64,000 nt of DNA from an uncultured bacterium (GTDB taxonomy: Bacteria; Patescibacteriota; Minisyncoccia; Phycocordibacterales; UBA9973): assembly GCA_903894565.1 (NCBI GenBank), contig CAITQP010000004.1, forward strand, positions 9,957-73,956. The letters are read 5' to 3'. Below, one piece after another: positions 9,011 through 18,420 of the stretch; within the stretch, counting starts at the first letter, position 1; each line of letters begins with the position of its first letter. A program made the translations under genes and the position numbers. The notes beneath the pieces were generated by a model. It was given only the letters and a program-made list of their open reading frames with translations. It was not told the DNA's origin and made no database searches.

Positions 9011-10069
9011 ATGGCAGGATTCACAAAAAAAGCACCGAAGGAAAAGAAAGAACACGGCATGGCGATTGATGACACCATCAAATCCATCCAAACAAAATTC
9101 GGAGAAGGTTCGATCATGAAGCTTGGCGACGCTCCAAAAGTAGATGTAGACGTCATTCCAAGTGGCAGTATGGGTCTCGACATGGCACTTGGCGTCGGTG
9201 GTATTCCCCGTGGACGTATCATCGAAGTCTTTGGACCAGAATCATCAGGAAAGACAACACTCGCCCTCCACATCGTGGCAGAGGCACAGAAAAAGGGTGG
9301 AGTCTGTGCATATATTGACGCAGAACACGCAATGGACCCCGTCTATGCAAAGAATCTTGGTGTGAATATAAACGAACTGCTCATCGCTCAGCCTGATACA
9401 GGAGAACAAGGTCTTGAAATCTGTGAGTCACTTGTACGCTCGGGCAAAATTGCCGTCGTCGTTATTGACTCAGTCGCAGCACTCACTCCAAAAGATGAGA
9501 TCGAAGGCGATATGGGCGCACAACACGTGGGCAAACAGGCTCGCCTCATGTCTCAAGCACTCCGCAAGCTCACTGCAATCGTTTCAAAATCAAATACTGT
9601 TGTCATTTTCATCAACCAAATTCGTATGCAGATTGGTGTAATGTTCGGTAACCCAGAAACAACTCCAGGAGGTAAGGCGCTCAAGTTCTATACGTCAGTG
9701 CGTCTCGATATTCGTCGCATCGCCCAAATCAAAAAAGGCGAAGAAGTCGTCGGAGGTCGCACACGCGTCAAAGTCGTGAAGAACAAAGTCGCAGCTCCAT
9801 TCAAACAGACTGAATTCGATATCATTTACGGCGAAGGTATCTCATACGAAGGCGAACTTATGGCACTCGGAGAAAAGATTGGCATCGTGGCGAAGTCGTC
9901 CGGTGGCTCATATACCTATACTCCAGAAGGTAAAGAAGAGGTCAAAATGGGTCGTGGCTATGACGCGACTCGTACATTCTTGAAAGAAAACCCAAAACTC
10001 GAAAAAGAAATCGAAAAAACAATCCGCGCTCGTTTCAGCGATATTCAGGTGCCAAGTGCGGCTGAGTAG
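9011..10069 (+). CDS. recA: Recombinase RecA
   Basis: [42 protein letters not shown]. Confidence 0.99.
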   Translation: MAGFTKKAPKEKKEHGMAIDDTIKSIQTKFGEGSIMKLGDAPKVDVDVIPSGSMGLDMALGVGGIPRGRIIEVFGPESSGKTTLALHIVAEAQKKGGVCAYIDAEHAMDPVYAKNLGVNINELLIAQPDTGEQGLEICESLVRSGKIAVVVIDSVAALTPKDEIEGDMGAQHVGKQARLMSQALRKLTAIVSKSNTVVIFINQIRMQIGVMFGNPETTPGGKALKFYTSVRLDIRRIAQIKKGEEVVGGRTRVKVVKNKVAAPFKQTEFDIIYGEGISYEGELMALGEKIGIVAKSSGGSYTYTPEGKEEVKMGRGYDATRTFLKENPKLEKEIEKTIRARFSDIQVPSAAE

Positions 10070-10143
10070 GAAAAGCTTGAAAAATAACTCTTTTTCGGCT
10101 AGAATCCGAATATTACTATCTTATAACTAGTACGTAGTTCCCT

Positions 10144-10725
10144 ATGGCAAAACTCGAATACAACGAAATCCGCGTCGGAAAAATCATTATTCACAACGAT
10201 GAACCCTGTGAAGTCCTCGACAACCACGTTGCTCGCACACAGCAACGCAAGCCTCAGAACGCGGTTAAACTCCGCAGTTTGAAGAGCGGTAAGGCATACA
10301 ACGAAGTATTCCACGTGTCTGACAGTGCTGATGAGGCCGATCTCGTAAAGCGAGAGGTCAAATTCCTCTTCACCAACAAGGGTGAATACTGGTTTTCGAG
10401 CCCAACAGATCCAAGTGACCGATTCAAGATGGACGCATCTCTCCTTGGCGACAAGGTGAAATTCCTCAATCCAAATGAAATGGTCACCGCTCTCGTTTGG
10501 ACAAACGATGAAGACGAAGAAGAGACTATCGGTGTCTCTCTTCCAGTCAAAATGACCTTTACGGTCAAAGAGGCTCCTCCAGCAATCAAAGGAGACACTC
10601 GTACTGGTGGCTCAAAGCAAGTAATCCTCGAAAACGGTGCGACAATCAACTGTCCTCTCTTTGTGGATGTCGGAGACAAAATCGTAGTCAATACGGTAAC
10701 AAATGAATATGTAGAGCGGGCGTAG
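10144..10725 (+). CDS. efp: Elongation factor P with non-canonical tip loop
   Basis: C-terminal signature PAIKGDTRTGGSKQVILENGATINCPLFVDVGDKIVVNT...YVERA. Confidence 0.93.
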   Translation: MAKLEYNEIRVGKIIIHNDEPCEVLDNHVARTQQRKPQNAVKLRSLKSGKAYNEVFHVSDSADEADLVKREVKFLFTNKGEYWFSSPTDPSDRFKMDASLLGDKVKFLNPNEMVTALVWTNDEDEEETIGVSLPVKMTFTVKEAPPAIKGDTRTGGSKQVILENGATINCPLFVDVGDKIVVNTVTNEYVERA

Positions 10726-10726
10726 C

Positions 10727-10801
10727 CAAATTTTCTGGCGCGCACTAAAAAACACGGAGGACTGGGTCGACCGTGTTTTTTAGTGCGCGCCAGAAAATTT
10801 G
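10727..10801. repeat. Perfect 31-bp inverted repeat with 13-nt loop
   Basis: caaattttctggcgcgcactaaaaaacacgg (10727-10757) and its exact reverse complement (10771-10801). Confidence 0.9.
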
Positions 10802-10901
10802 ACTTCCCCTATCTATTTTTTCTATACTTAGGAAACAGCCCTTTCTCATGCGATATTCTGTCGGAGAATTTCGTTTTTATTTTTATACGAAGTAAGACAC
10901 C

Positions 10902-11924
10902 ATGAGCAAACAGCCTGCATTTATCTATACCTATATCTGGCTCGACGGGTACACTCCCGAGCCCAACCTCAGGGGTAAGGACAAAATCCTCGAAGGAGAG
11001 AAGACTCTCAAGGAACTTCCAATCTGGTCGTTCGATGGTAGCTCTACGCGCCAAGCCAAAGGACACTTCTCCGACTGTTTACTCCGCCCTGTACGTATGA
11101 TTCCGGATCCCAGTAGGGAGCGGAGTTTTTTAGTTTTGTGCGAAGTTTTGAATCCAGACCAGACACCGCACATATCAAACTATCGCGCACAACTCGAACA
11201 ATACGACAACAAGGACAATTGGTTTGGATTTGAACAAGAGTACGTGCTCGCCGAAAACGGGCGTCCACTCGGCTTCCCTCTCGACCCGAAGAAATTCCCA
11301 AAACCTCAAGGTGAATATTACTGTGGTGTCGGAACAGAAAATGTCGTTGGCCGAGAGATCATGGAAGAACACACAGAACTCTGTCTCCAAGCGGGCATTA
11401 CACTCACCGGAACAAACGCCGAGGTTTTGCTCGGGCAATGGGAATATCAACTCTTTGGCATGGGCACACTCGCAACTGCCGACTATCTCTGGCTCACCCG
11501 ATATATTCTCATCCGCATCGCGGAGCAATATGGAGTCTCGGTCAATCTGCATCCAAAGCCACTCCAAAAAGGAGACTGGAATGGCTCAGGGCTTCACACG
11601 AATTTCTCAACCAAAAAAATGCGCACAACTGGTGGCAAAGATTTGTTCAACCGTATCTACGCGACCTTTGATAAGAACCGCAAACAGCATATGGAACATT
11701 ACGGATCAGACAATCATTTGCGTTTGACTGGCAAACACGAGACACAGTCTATCCATACATTCTCATACGGAGTCGCTGATCGAGGCGCATCAATTCGCAT
11801 TCCACTCGCCACAGAAAAAAATGGCAAAGGATACCTCGAAGATCGTCGTCCGGGATCAAATGGCGACCCATACCGCATTTTGATTGCGATGAGTCAGTCG
11901 CTCAAGGAGGCGAAGGCTTATTAA
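10902..11924 (+). CDS. glnII: Glutamine synthetase type II (GSII)
   Basis: 340 aa; YIWLDG, WSFDGSST, WFGFEQEY, GEYYCGVG, NAEVLLGQWEYQ, DWNGSGLHTNFST, RLTGKHET, GYLEDRRP. Confidence 0.92.
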   Translation: MSKQPAFIYTYIWLDGYTPEPNLRGKDKILEGEKTLKELPIWSFDGSSTRQAKGHFSDCLLRPVRMIPDPSRERSFLVLCEVLNPDQTPHISNYRAQLEQYDNKDNWFGFEQEYVLAENGRPLGFPLDPKKFPKPQGEYYCGVGTENVVGREIMEEHTELCLQAGITLTGTNAEVLLGQWEYQLFGMGTLATADYLWLTRYILIRIAEQYGVSVNLHPKPLQKGDWNGSGLHTNFSTKKMRTTGGKDLFNRIYATFDKNRKQHMEHYGSDNHLRLTGKHETQSIHTFSYGVADRGASIRIPLATEKNGKGYLEDRRPGSNGDPYRILIAMSQSLKEAKAY

Positions 11925-11940
11925 AATAATTACATAAATG

Positions 11941-11982
11941 CAAAACAACCCCGGCTATTTGTTAGCTGGGATTGTTTGTTGT
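11941..11982. terminator. Probable bidirectional terminator between convergent genes
   Basis: Imperfect hairpin aacaaccccggcta...tagctgggattgtt. Confidence 0.55.
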
Positions 11983-11996
11983 TCGGCATTAGCATA

Positions 11997-12494
11997 CTAT
12001 TTTGCGGCGTTCTGGTCTGCCCAGAATGTTTTTCGTGGTGGATTTACCACGCTGATTGCTACTTGCAACAAAGCCATGTTTTTCTTTTCCCTTAAATCTT
12101 TGGCAAAGTAACATTTGTCGCCCTCCACCGAGAGGTAGAGGATTTCAATGTTTCCATTTATGGAGAAAACTAGTTCAATCTGGCCAGTAACACAACTAAC
12201 CTTAACGGTAGTTTGACTGCTCCTAAATTGCCATTCGCCCTCGTTATTATGGTGATACATTTCCACCAAATACGATGATAGCGAATCGGGAACTTCGATT
12301 GTTTCAGTTTCCGTACTAATAGTCCCCTTGATTTGCATATCCTGACTTATTTTTTGCAATGACTGGCTGGTCCGTATGTAGTTGTTGACAGCCTCATCAT
12401 CTGTTGTCGCTTTTTTCCTTCCGGTATTTTTGCTCTGACAGAATGAAGGGAGGACAATAAATAGTGCGAGAAGTACTGTAATTAGCTTTTTCAT
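11997..12494 (-). CDS. Hypothetical secreted protein
   Basis: Signal peptide MKKLITVLLALFIVLPSFCQ; no family recognised. Confidence 0.6.
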   Translation of the reverse strand: MKKLITVLLALFIVLPSFCQSKNTGRKKATTDDEAVNNYIRTSQSLQKISQDMQIKGTISTETETIEVPDSLSSYLVEMYHHNNEGEWQFRSSQTTVKVSCVTGQIELVFSINGNIEILYLSVEGDKCYFAKDLREKKNMALLQVAISVVNPPRKTFWADQNAAK

Positions 12495-12645
12495 GAGCTT
12501 TGTTTTTGGTTTTGTGAAATTAAAAATGAATTGATTATCAGATATATGATAGCACATATAGAATAAAAAGTCAATACCTAGCCAAAAAACCTTCCTCCTG
12601 AAAGGACCCCATTTAAAATGGCAATTTTAACCGTTCTAAAAGCTA

Positions 12646-13518
12646 TTATTCCAGCTTTCCAGTCAGTATATTGAGTGTGTATGGGGTATCACCGAATACA
12701 AAAGAAACAGTGTGCCCGTTGCTTAGTAAATTTTTTGTTGTTGTGAGACCGGAGAATGTATAGTAATCAGGCTTCAGGATTGAGCGAGCAGTGATCGGTG
12801 CACCATTCAGTGAGATCGCGACAGCCTTTGGATCTCCATTTTCGGTTGGTCCAGCACATGTGACGGAGAAAGCGATTGAATCTTTCCCAAAATGGTACTG
12901 TTCGCTCATGTCGTAACACACATTCGCGGTGAACTCACTGTCGGCTTTTGGATCATGACACGATGAGCCGATCGAGCCTGTCGCAACATTTGCAACTGCC
13001 CCAGTGCGAATATTGTATGTATTATAATTCACCCTCGCACCAGACTGACATCCAGCCCCTTCTCCGTCGATATTACTATAGAGAAGAGTATCTGCGTCCA
13101 CAAAAGTCATCAGCTCTTTTTGATTGTTCGTCGGATATGGATAATACTGTGATCCATAACTATACGAATCAAGGATTGGCTTCACTGTCGCACCGTCTTG
13201 AAGAAACAGTGAATAGTTCTGGTTTTTACTTGCACACCCTTTCGCTGTACCAAGCGCATACTCTCCTTTCACATATGGGTTTTCGACAGCATATGCGACA
13301 TCGCAATTGATTCCATTTGCATTGATTGTTGTCAGTGCCGAGACGCCACCAGCATTTGGTTCGTTATTTGTAGCAGAAGTTTGTGTAAAGGGAAGAGGTT
13401 GAACCGTAGCCTTCTCGAATGGACCCACATGATAGAATCGTGCGACAACGAAATATGTAGCGAGCACGAGCACAATAATAAGAAAAAACTGCTTTAAAAA
13501 TGAGCGAGGGTGTTCCAT
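12646..13518 (-). CDS. Hypothetical membrane-anchored extracellular protein
   Basis: N-terminal TM helix, beta-rich body with six Cys. Confidence 0.65.
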   Translation of the reverse strand: MEHPRSFLKQFFLIIVLVLATYFVVARFYHVGPFEKATVQPLPFTQTSATNNEPNAGGVSALTTINANGINCDVAYAVENPYVKGEYALGTAKGCASKNQNYSLFLQDGATVKPILDSYSYGSQYYPYPTNNQKELMTFVDADTLLYSNIDGEGAGCQSGARVNYNTYNIRTGAVANVATGSIGSSCHDPKADSEFTANVCYDMSEQYHFGKDSIAFSVTCAGPTENGDPKAVAISLNGAPITARSILKPDYYTFSGLTTTKNLLSNGHTVSFVFGDTPYTLNILTGKLE

Positions 13519-13546
13519 TCAGCAATTATCTCACATGCTACATACA

Positions 13547-13582
13547 AAAACAAAACACGGCCCTATGGCCGTGTTTTGTTTT
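13547..13582. terminator. Terminator of the rpsF-ssb-rpsR operon (16-bp perfect stem)
   Basis: aaaacaaaacacggcc-ctat-ggccgtgttttgtttt. Confidence 0.8.
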
Positions 13583-13599
13583 GCGGAAATCCGCGAGAA

Positions 13600-13800
13600 C
13601 TACTTCTGAATGTATGGGAGAAGTCCCATGAATCGTGCACGCTTGACCGCGAGCGCTACTTTGCGCTGATTACCAGACGAGAGTCCAGTACGGCGGCGAG
13701 ACATGATCTTCGCAGTTGGCCCAAGGAATTTCTTGATTACCTCAAGATCCTTGTAGTCGACATGCTTGATGTTGTTTGATGAGAAAAAATCTTGTTTCAT
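13600..13800 (-). CDS. rpsR: 30S ribosomal protein S18
   Basis: VDYKDLEVIKKFL...KIMSRRRTG...QRKVALAVKRARFMGLLPY; no zinc-binding Cys. Confidence 0.96.
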   Translation of the reverse strand: MKQDFFSSNNIKHVDYKDLEVIKKFLGPTAKIMSRRRTGLSSGNQRKVALAVKRARFMGLLPYIQK

Positions 13801-13829
13801 TTTCTATAATCGAATACTAGTAATGGTGA

Positions 13830-14294
13830 TTAGAACGGGATGTCTTCAGCATTGATGTCGTCATCGGGATAGTCAATCGTCTCGACATCTTTTCCGCCCT
13901 GACTCATCGGACTGTTGCTCTGTGGATCGTTTGATCCTGCGACAGTCGTACCGCCCGAAGTCGCTCCACCACGAGGTCCAAATTGGACTCGATCAGCAAC
14001 GATTTCTGTACGGTAATTCTTCTTGCCATCTGCACCATCCCACGATCGTGTCTGGATGCGACCCTCAATCATGAGCATCGAACCCTTCTTGATGTATTGT
14101 GCGACAGTCTCAGCTTGGCGACCGAAGACAACGACGTTGTGAAAATCAGTTTGTTCTTTCTTTGCACCAGCTTGGTCTTTCCAGACACGATTGGTTGCAA
14201 CAGAAAGTGAAGTAACTTTTGCACCGGACGGTAATGCTTTGATCTCAGGGTCGCGTGTAACGTTTCCAATGATGATCGCTTTGTTGTAAAACAT
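13830..14294 (-). CDS. ssb: Single-stranded DNA-binding protein
   Basis: NKAIIIGNVTRDPE, IEGRIQTRSWD, acidic C-terminal DIPF. Confidence 0.98.
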   Translation of the reverse strand: MFYNKAIIIGNVTRDPEIKALPSGAKVTSLSVATNRVWKDQAGAKKEQTDFHNVVVFGRQAETVAQYIKKGSMLMIEGRIQTRSWDGADGKKNYRTEIVADRVQFGPRGGATSGGTTVAGSNDPQSNSPMSQGGKDVETIDYPDDDINAEDIPF

Positions 14295-14298
14295 GTGT

Positions 14299-14787
14299 TT
14301 AGGCTGCAGCCTTATCGTCTACAAGAGCTTCGATCTCGCGATCAATCTCTTCTTTTGACATTTCGGGAGCAGCAGACTCCTTACCTGACTCATCCTTCGT
14401 GCGTCGACGAACGCCGAAGCCCCTCTTGCTAGCAATCGTATTCTCACGAACTGTACTGACGAGAAGATGGCGGATAACGTCGGTGCGAAGACGAAGACTT
14501 GCTTCGAGTTCAGCAACCTTTGCTCCTTCGAGCTCAAACTTGATCCAGCCGAAGTAACCGTTGTTGAAGCGTTCGATCTTGTTGTTGATCGTCTTCTCCA
14601 TCGTGTACGCGAGAGGGATATGCTTAGGGAACTCCTCAGAGATAGCTACCGCGCCACGGGCGAGGATAGAATCTTTGAGTGTACCAAATACTTCAGGAAG
14701 TTTTTCTTCCGTGATATCTGGCACAAGAAGGAAACCGAGTTCGTAAACTCCGTTATCGCTTCCTTCTGTTTGGGTCATTTCTTCCAT
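14299..14787 (-). CDS. rpsF: 30S ribosomal protein S6
   Basis: YELGFLLVP, LAYTM, DVIRHLLV; rpsF-ssb-rpsR synteny. Confidence 0.9.
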   Translation of the reverse strand: MEEMTQTEGSDNGVYELGFLLVPDITEEKLPEVFGTLKDSILARGAVAISEEFPKHIPLAYTMEKTINNKIERFNNGYFGWIKFELEGAKVAELEASLRLRTDVIRHLLVSTVRENTIASKRGFGVRRRTKDESGKESAAPEMSKEEIDREIEALVDDKAAA

Positions 14788-14925
14788 TGGAATAATCTGC
14801 AAAAACTTTGTAATAAAAGCCTAAAAATAAGGCTTGTCGTCTTGTTTCGGACCATGGCGATAGAGCTATCAGTGCCCTATCGAACAAGACTCTTTGAGAC
14901 TAACACGAAATCAGAAATTGGGCAA

Positions 14926-15435
14926 TTAGAGCTTCTCTGGGAAGAGAAGGTACATTTGAGCATGATCGTAATAGGTATTCCCTATCTTTGTCGCATTGTG
15001 CAAGACACCCTCTTCGACAAAACCAAAGCTTTTGTAAAGCGCGACTGCATTCGTTTGTAAAACATTCACCCCGAGTTCCACTTTGCTAATTTTGGGATGT
15101 GCTTGAAGATCGGCCAGAACCCGCTCTAGGATTTTACGACCAACACCCTGCCCTCTATAGAATGGATCTACATAAAAACCGACAACATGAGCGACATGTT
15201 CAGTCTTTTTTGTTTTCTCATAGTGCACACCAATGAGACCTACCGGATTCCCACCCACGCGCGCGATATATTTTGGTCCCGCTTCGAATTTCTTGCGCCA
15301 CGCATCTTCATTCAAATCAACGTTCTCTTCGTACGAAGAGCCGTAAGCGATTGAATCACTCTCTAAAGCTGGGAGCCACAAATCTTTCAAAATCTTCCAG
15401 TTGTCGACAGTAAGAATTTCGATTGTTGTATCCAT
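14926..15435 (-). CDS. GNAT family N-acetyltransferase
   Basis: FYVDPFYRGQGVGRKIL acetyl-CoA motif A; AVALYKSFGF. Confidence 0.9.
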   Translation of the reverse strand: MDTTIEILTVDNWKILKDLWLPALESDSIAYGSSYEENVDLNEDAWRKKFEAGPKYIARVGGNPVGLIGVHYEKTKKTEHVAHVVGFYVDPFYRGQGVGRKILERVLADLQAHPKISKVELGVNVLQTNAVALYKSFGFVEEGVLHNATKIGNTYYDHAQMYLLFPEKL

Positions 15436-15438
15436 ATA

Positions 15439-16041
15439 TTACTTCGTTGCGACAGCTTCAATGAAAGCTGATTTGTAATAATGATATACGGATGAGGTTT
15501 TTCGAATTTTTATGATCGTAAAATTATGAAGCTTTTCGGCCATATACTCCTTTGAGAAAAAATGACGGACATGGTCATCTTTATACATATTTTCTCCAAC
15601 CTTTTTCCCTTTTCCAAATAATGCATCGTCGACAGACTTACATTTTATAAAAATACTGCCTCCCTTTTTAAGCATCTTGTATAAATCCTCAAAAACCTTG
15701 GTCGTCGTTTTGTCATCAAAATAATGCAAACTCAAATGGGCATAAATAACATCGAATGAATTTGATTTGAACTGCATTCGCGATATATCAGAAAGTACAC
15801 ACTCAATATCTTTGTTCTCTGACTGTAATTGCTTGACGCCACTTCCCGCAAAATCAACGGCAGTAACTTTGAGTCCTTTGTTTGCGAAGTACACTGAATC
15901 GCGACCATTACCACACCCAACATCGAGAATCGTTTTGTAACTTTTATTCGCGACTTGCTTATAAACACGCTCCGCAAAATTATTGGCCGGTTCATTTGAA
16001 CGTGACTTCCATTTTGTATTCCAATATGACGCGTTACTCAT
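15439..16041 (-). CDS. Class I SAM-dependent methyltransferase
   Basis: ILDVGCGNGRDS, VTAVDFA, SFDVIYA. Confidence 0.9.
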   Translation of the reverse strand: MSNASYWNTKWKSRSNEPANNFAERVYKQVANKSYKTILDVGCGNGRDSVYFANKGLKVTAVDFAGSGVKQLQSENKDIECVLSDISRMQFKSNSFDVIYAHLSLHYFDDKTTTKVFEDLYKMLKKGGSIFIKCKSVDDALFGKGKKVGENMYKDDHVRHFFSKEYMAEKLHNFTIIKIRKTSSVYHYYKSAFIEAVATK

Positions 16042-16050
16042 ACAGTTTGG

Positions 16051-16896
16051 TTAGAAACCGAACACTCGTTTTGCATTTGCGACGAGCTGGGCACGAACAA
16101 GTTCTTCGTCGAGACCTTTGATGCGGGCGATAGCTTTGACTACTTCGCGTACATGCATTGGCTCGTTACGCTTGCCTCGGAATGGCTTTGGGGTGATGTA
16201 TGGGCAATCTGTCTCGGTGAGCATCATGTCGAGTGGAGTGTTGCGTACAACTTCGTCATAATCGCTCGTGAAGGTAATGACACCAGTGAATGAAAGTGTG
16301 AACCCAAGATCAAGGAAAAGTTTTGCTTCTTCCCATGTGCCGGCGAAGAAATGAATGTCCCCTTTTACTTTGGCATGTTCGCGGAGAATATCGGCGGCGT
16401 CTTTGTAAGCATTTCGAATGTGGCACATGAGTGGCTTCCCAACTTTGTTTGCGACCTCAATATGCTGGATGAAAATCTTTTTTTGTCGATCGATAATTTC
16501 CTGACCAAGAGCAGGATCATTGTCAGCACTTTCCATATGGTAGTAGTCGAGTCCGCACTCGCCGATGGCGCGAACTTTTGGATCCTGTGCAAGTGCATCA
16601 TAAAACGCAGGGTCAAATTCTTCTCCGCGCGAAGTGAATGCCTTACCCTCTTCGCCGAGCTCTTTGACATCGTGGTGAGATTTCGAAGTGTGCACTGGAT
16701 GAAGTGCAATCGCAGCATAGACTCCGTGCTCGTATCGATTTGCAATCTCAACGGCAAACTTCGATGTATCTTGTTGGGTTCCGACGTTCATCACGTGTAC
16801 ACCTGCTTCAAGCGCACGCGCCATAGTCGCCTCTCGATCTTCATCGAAAGCTTTAAAATTCACATGAGCATGTACGTCGCAATATTTTGGATCCAT
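16051..16896 (-). CDS. tatD: TatD family hydrolase/DNase
   Basis: DVHAH, AIGECGLDY, PLMCHIR, IHFFAG, ETDCPY, GKRNEP. Confidence 0.95.
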   Translation of the reverse strand: MDPKYCDVHAHVNFKAFDEDREATMARALEAGVHVMNVGTQQDTSKFAVEIANRYEHGVYAAIALHPVHTSKSHHDVKELGEEGKAFTSRGEEFDPAFYDALAQDPKVRAIGECGLDYYHMESADNDPALGQEIIDRQKKIFIQHIEVANKVGKPLMCHIRNAYKDAADILREHAKVKGDIHFFAGTWEEAKLFLDLGFTLSFTGVITFTSDYDEVVRNTPLDMMLTETDCPYITPKPFRGKRNEPMHVREVVKAIARIKGLDEELVRAQLVANAKRVFGF

Positions 16897-16899
16897 ATA

Positions 16900-18396
16900 T
16901 TATTCTTTACGCAAAAACAGTGGCGCTTCTGGTTTTTTCTTTTCTTTTATCAAAGTTTGTATTGCCACCGAAGTAGTAGGCATGATTGGCATAAGAAGCT
17001 CTGAGATATCAAACAATTGCTGAGTTGCCTTCTGGAGATCCTTTTTTGCTGTTTCTGGATCAGTTTTTATGAGACGAAATGGTTCACGTCTCTGAATAAA
17101 TTCATCAATCTCTGTAACAATATCCCAGATGTCAGATAACGCATTTTGAATATTAAAGTGCTCCAATTCTTTCGCAACAGCTTCATGTATATTACCGATT
17201 CTGTTGTCTTTGTTCACATTTGAAATATCAACATCATATGAAACAACCATGTTCATAAGACGACTCGTTAAATTGCCAATTCCATTCGCGAGATGCGCGT
17301 TGTAGGAAGCTTTAAATCGCTCTGGCGTAAACGGACTATCTTCAAAACTTGAGATTTCTTTCGCGAGGAAAAATCGAAGGGCGTCAGTGCCATATTCTGC
17401 CACAATATCTTTTGGATCGACGACGTTGCCGAGAGTCTTGCTCATCTTCACCCCACCATCGGCGGTAATGAATCCATTGATGACGATCTGGTGTGAACAA
17501 TATTTTCCAATTTCATTCGGATTTTTCGGATCATCGAAGGCTGCCATGAGCATGGCTTGCCACATTGCAGATTGGAAACGGAGATTGTCTTTGCCACAGT
17601 ACTGCGTTGGCGTGCCTTCAATCCAGAACTTTTTGAAATCGCCATTCGCAACACTTTCAGCATCAGGCCAACCGAGTGTGGAGATATAGTTTGTGAGCGC
17701 ATCAAACCACACGTACATGACATGATTCTCATCCCCTGGCACTGGAATACCCCACGGCATTTTGGTCTTCAAGCGTGAAATAGAAAAATCTTCGAGGCCG
17801 CGCGCGACGAATGCTTTGATCTCATTGAAACGAAAATCTGGTACAACGAAATCAGGGCGCGTAGTATAAAACGCAGTGAGCTTGTCGGTGAATACAGAAT
17901 ATTTGAAGAAATAGTTTTCTTCTTCGATGATCTCAAGTGCACGACCTGGATGCACCGGACATTCCCCATTCACGAGTTCTGAATCGGTCTTTGCTTCTTC
18001 ACAGCCAACACAATATTTCGTTTGGTAATTCTTCTTGTAAATATATCCATTCTTGTCACAACGACTCCAGAATTCTTGCGCGGCTTTCTCGTGACTTGAA
18101 TTCGTTGTTCGTGCGTAGTGGAGAATACTTTCATCGAGGCCGAAAATTTTGACGGAGTCTTGAAAGCGAGCGAAGCTCGCGTCGACGAATTCTTGTGGAG
18201 TCTGTCCATTCGCCACTGCCTTCTCGTAGATCTTCATGCCATGCTCGTCTGTCCCCGTATTGAAAAACACATCATACCCTTCGGCCTTTTTGGATCGAGC
18301 GATAATATCTGCGCGCACAAATTCAAGCGCATGTCCCATATGAAGGTCGGCATTTACATACGGAAGTGTGGTGGTGAGGTAGAAGTTTTTGGACAT
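16900..18396 (-). CDS. metG: Methionine--tRNA ligase (short form)
   Basis: YVNADLHMGH, TGTDEHG, YVWFDALTNY, KMSKT. Confidence 0.97.
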   Translation of the reverse strand: MSKNFYLTTTLPYVNADLHMGHALEFVRADIIARSKKAEGYDVFFNTGTDEHGMKIYEKAVANGQTPQEFVDASFARFQDSVKIFGLDESILHYARTTNSSHEKAAQEFWSRCDKNGYIYKKNYQTKYCVGCEEAKTDSELVNGECPVHPGRALEIIEEENYFFKYSVFTDKLTAFYTTRPDFVVPDFRFNEIKAFVARGLEDFSISRLKTKMPWGIPVPGDENHVMYVWFDALTNYISTLGWPDAESVANGDFKKFWIEGTPTQYCGKDNLRFQSAMWQAMLMAAFDDPKNPNEIGKYCSHQIVINGFITADGGVKMSKTLGNVVDPKDIVAEYGTDALRFFLAKEISSFEDSPFTPERFKASYNAHLANGIGNLTSRLMNMVVSYDVDISNVNKDNRIGNIHEAVAKELEHFNIQNALSDIWDIVTEIDEFIQRREPFRLIKTDPETAKKDLQKATQQLFDISELLMPIMPTTSVAIQTLIKEKKKPEAPLFLRKE

Positions 18397-18420
18397 GATG
18401 ATTGATACTACACGGCTTTG

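Noticed and set aside
13547-13800. Loss of ribosomal protein L9 because rplI does not follow rpsR
   Set aside because: rplI is often unlinked from rpsR, so absence from this window says nothing about the genome.
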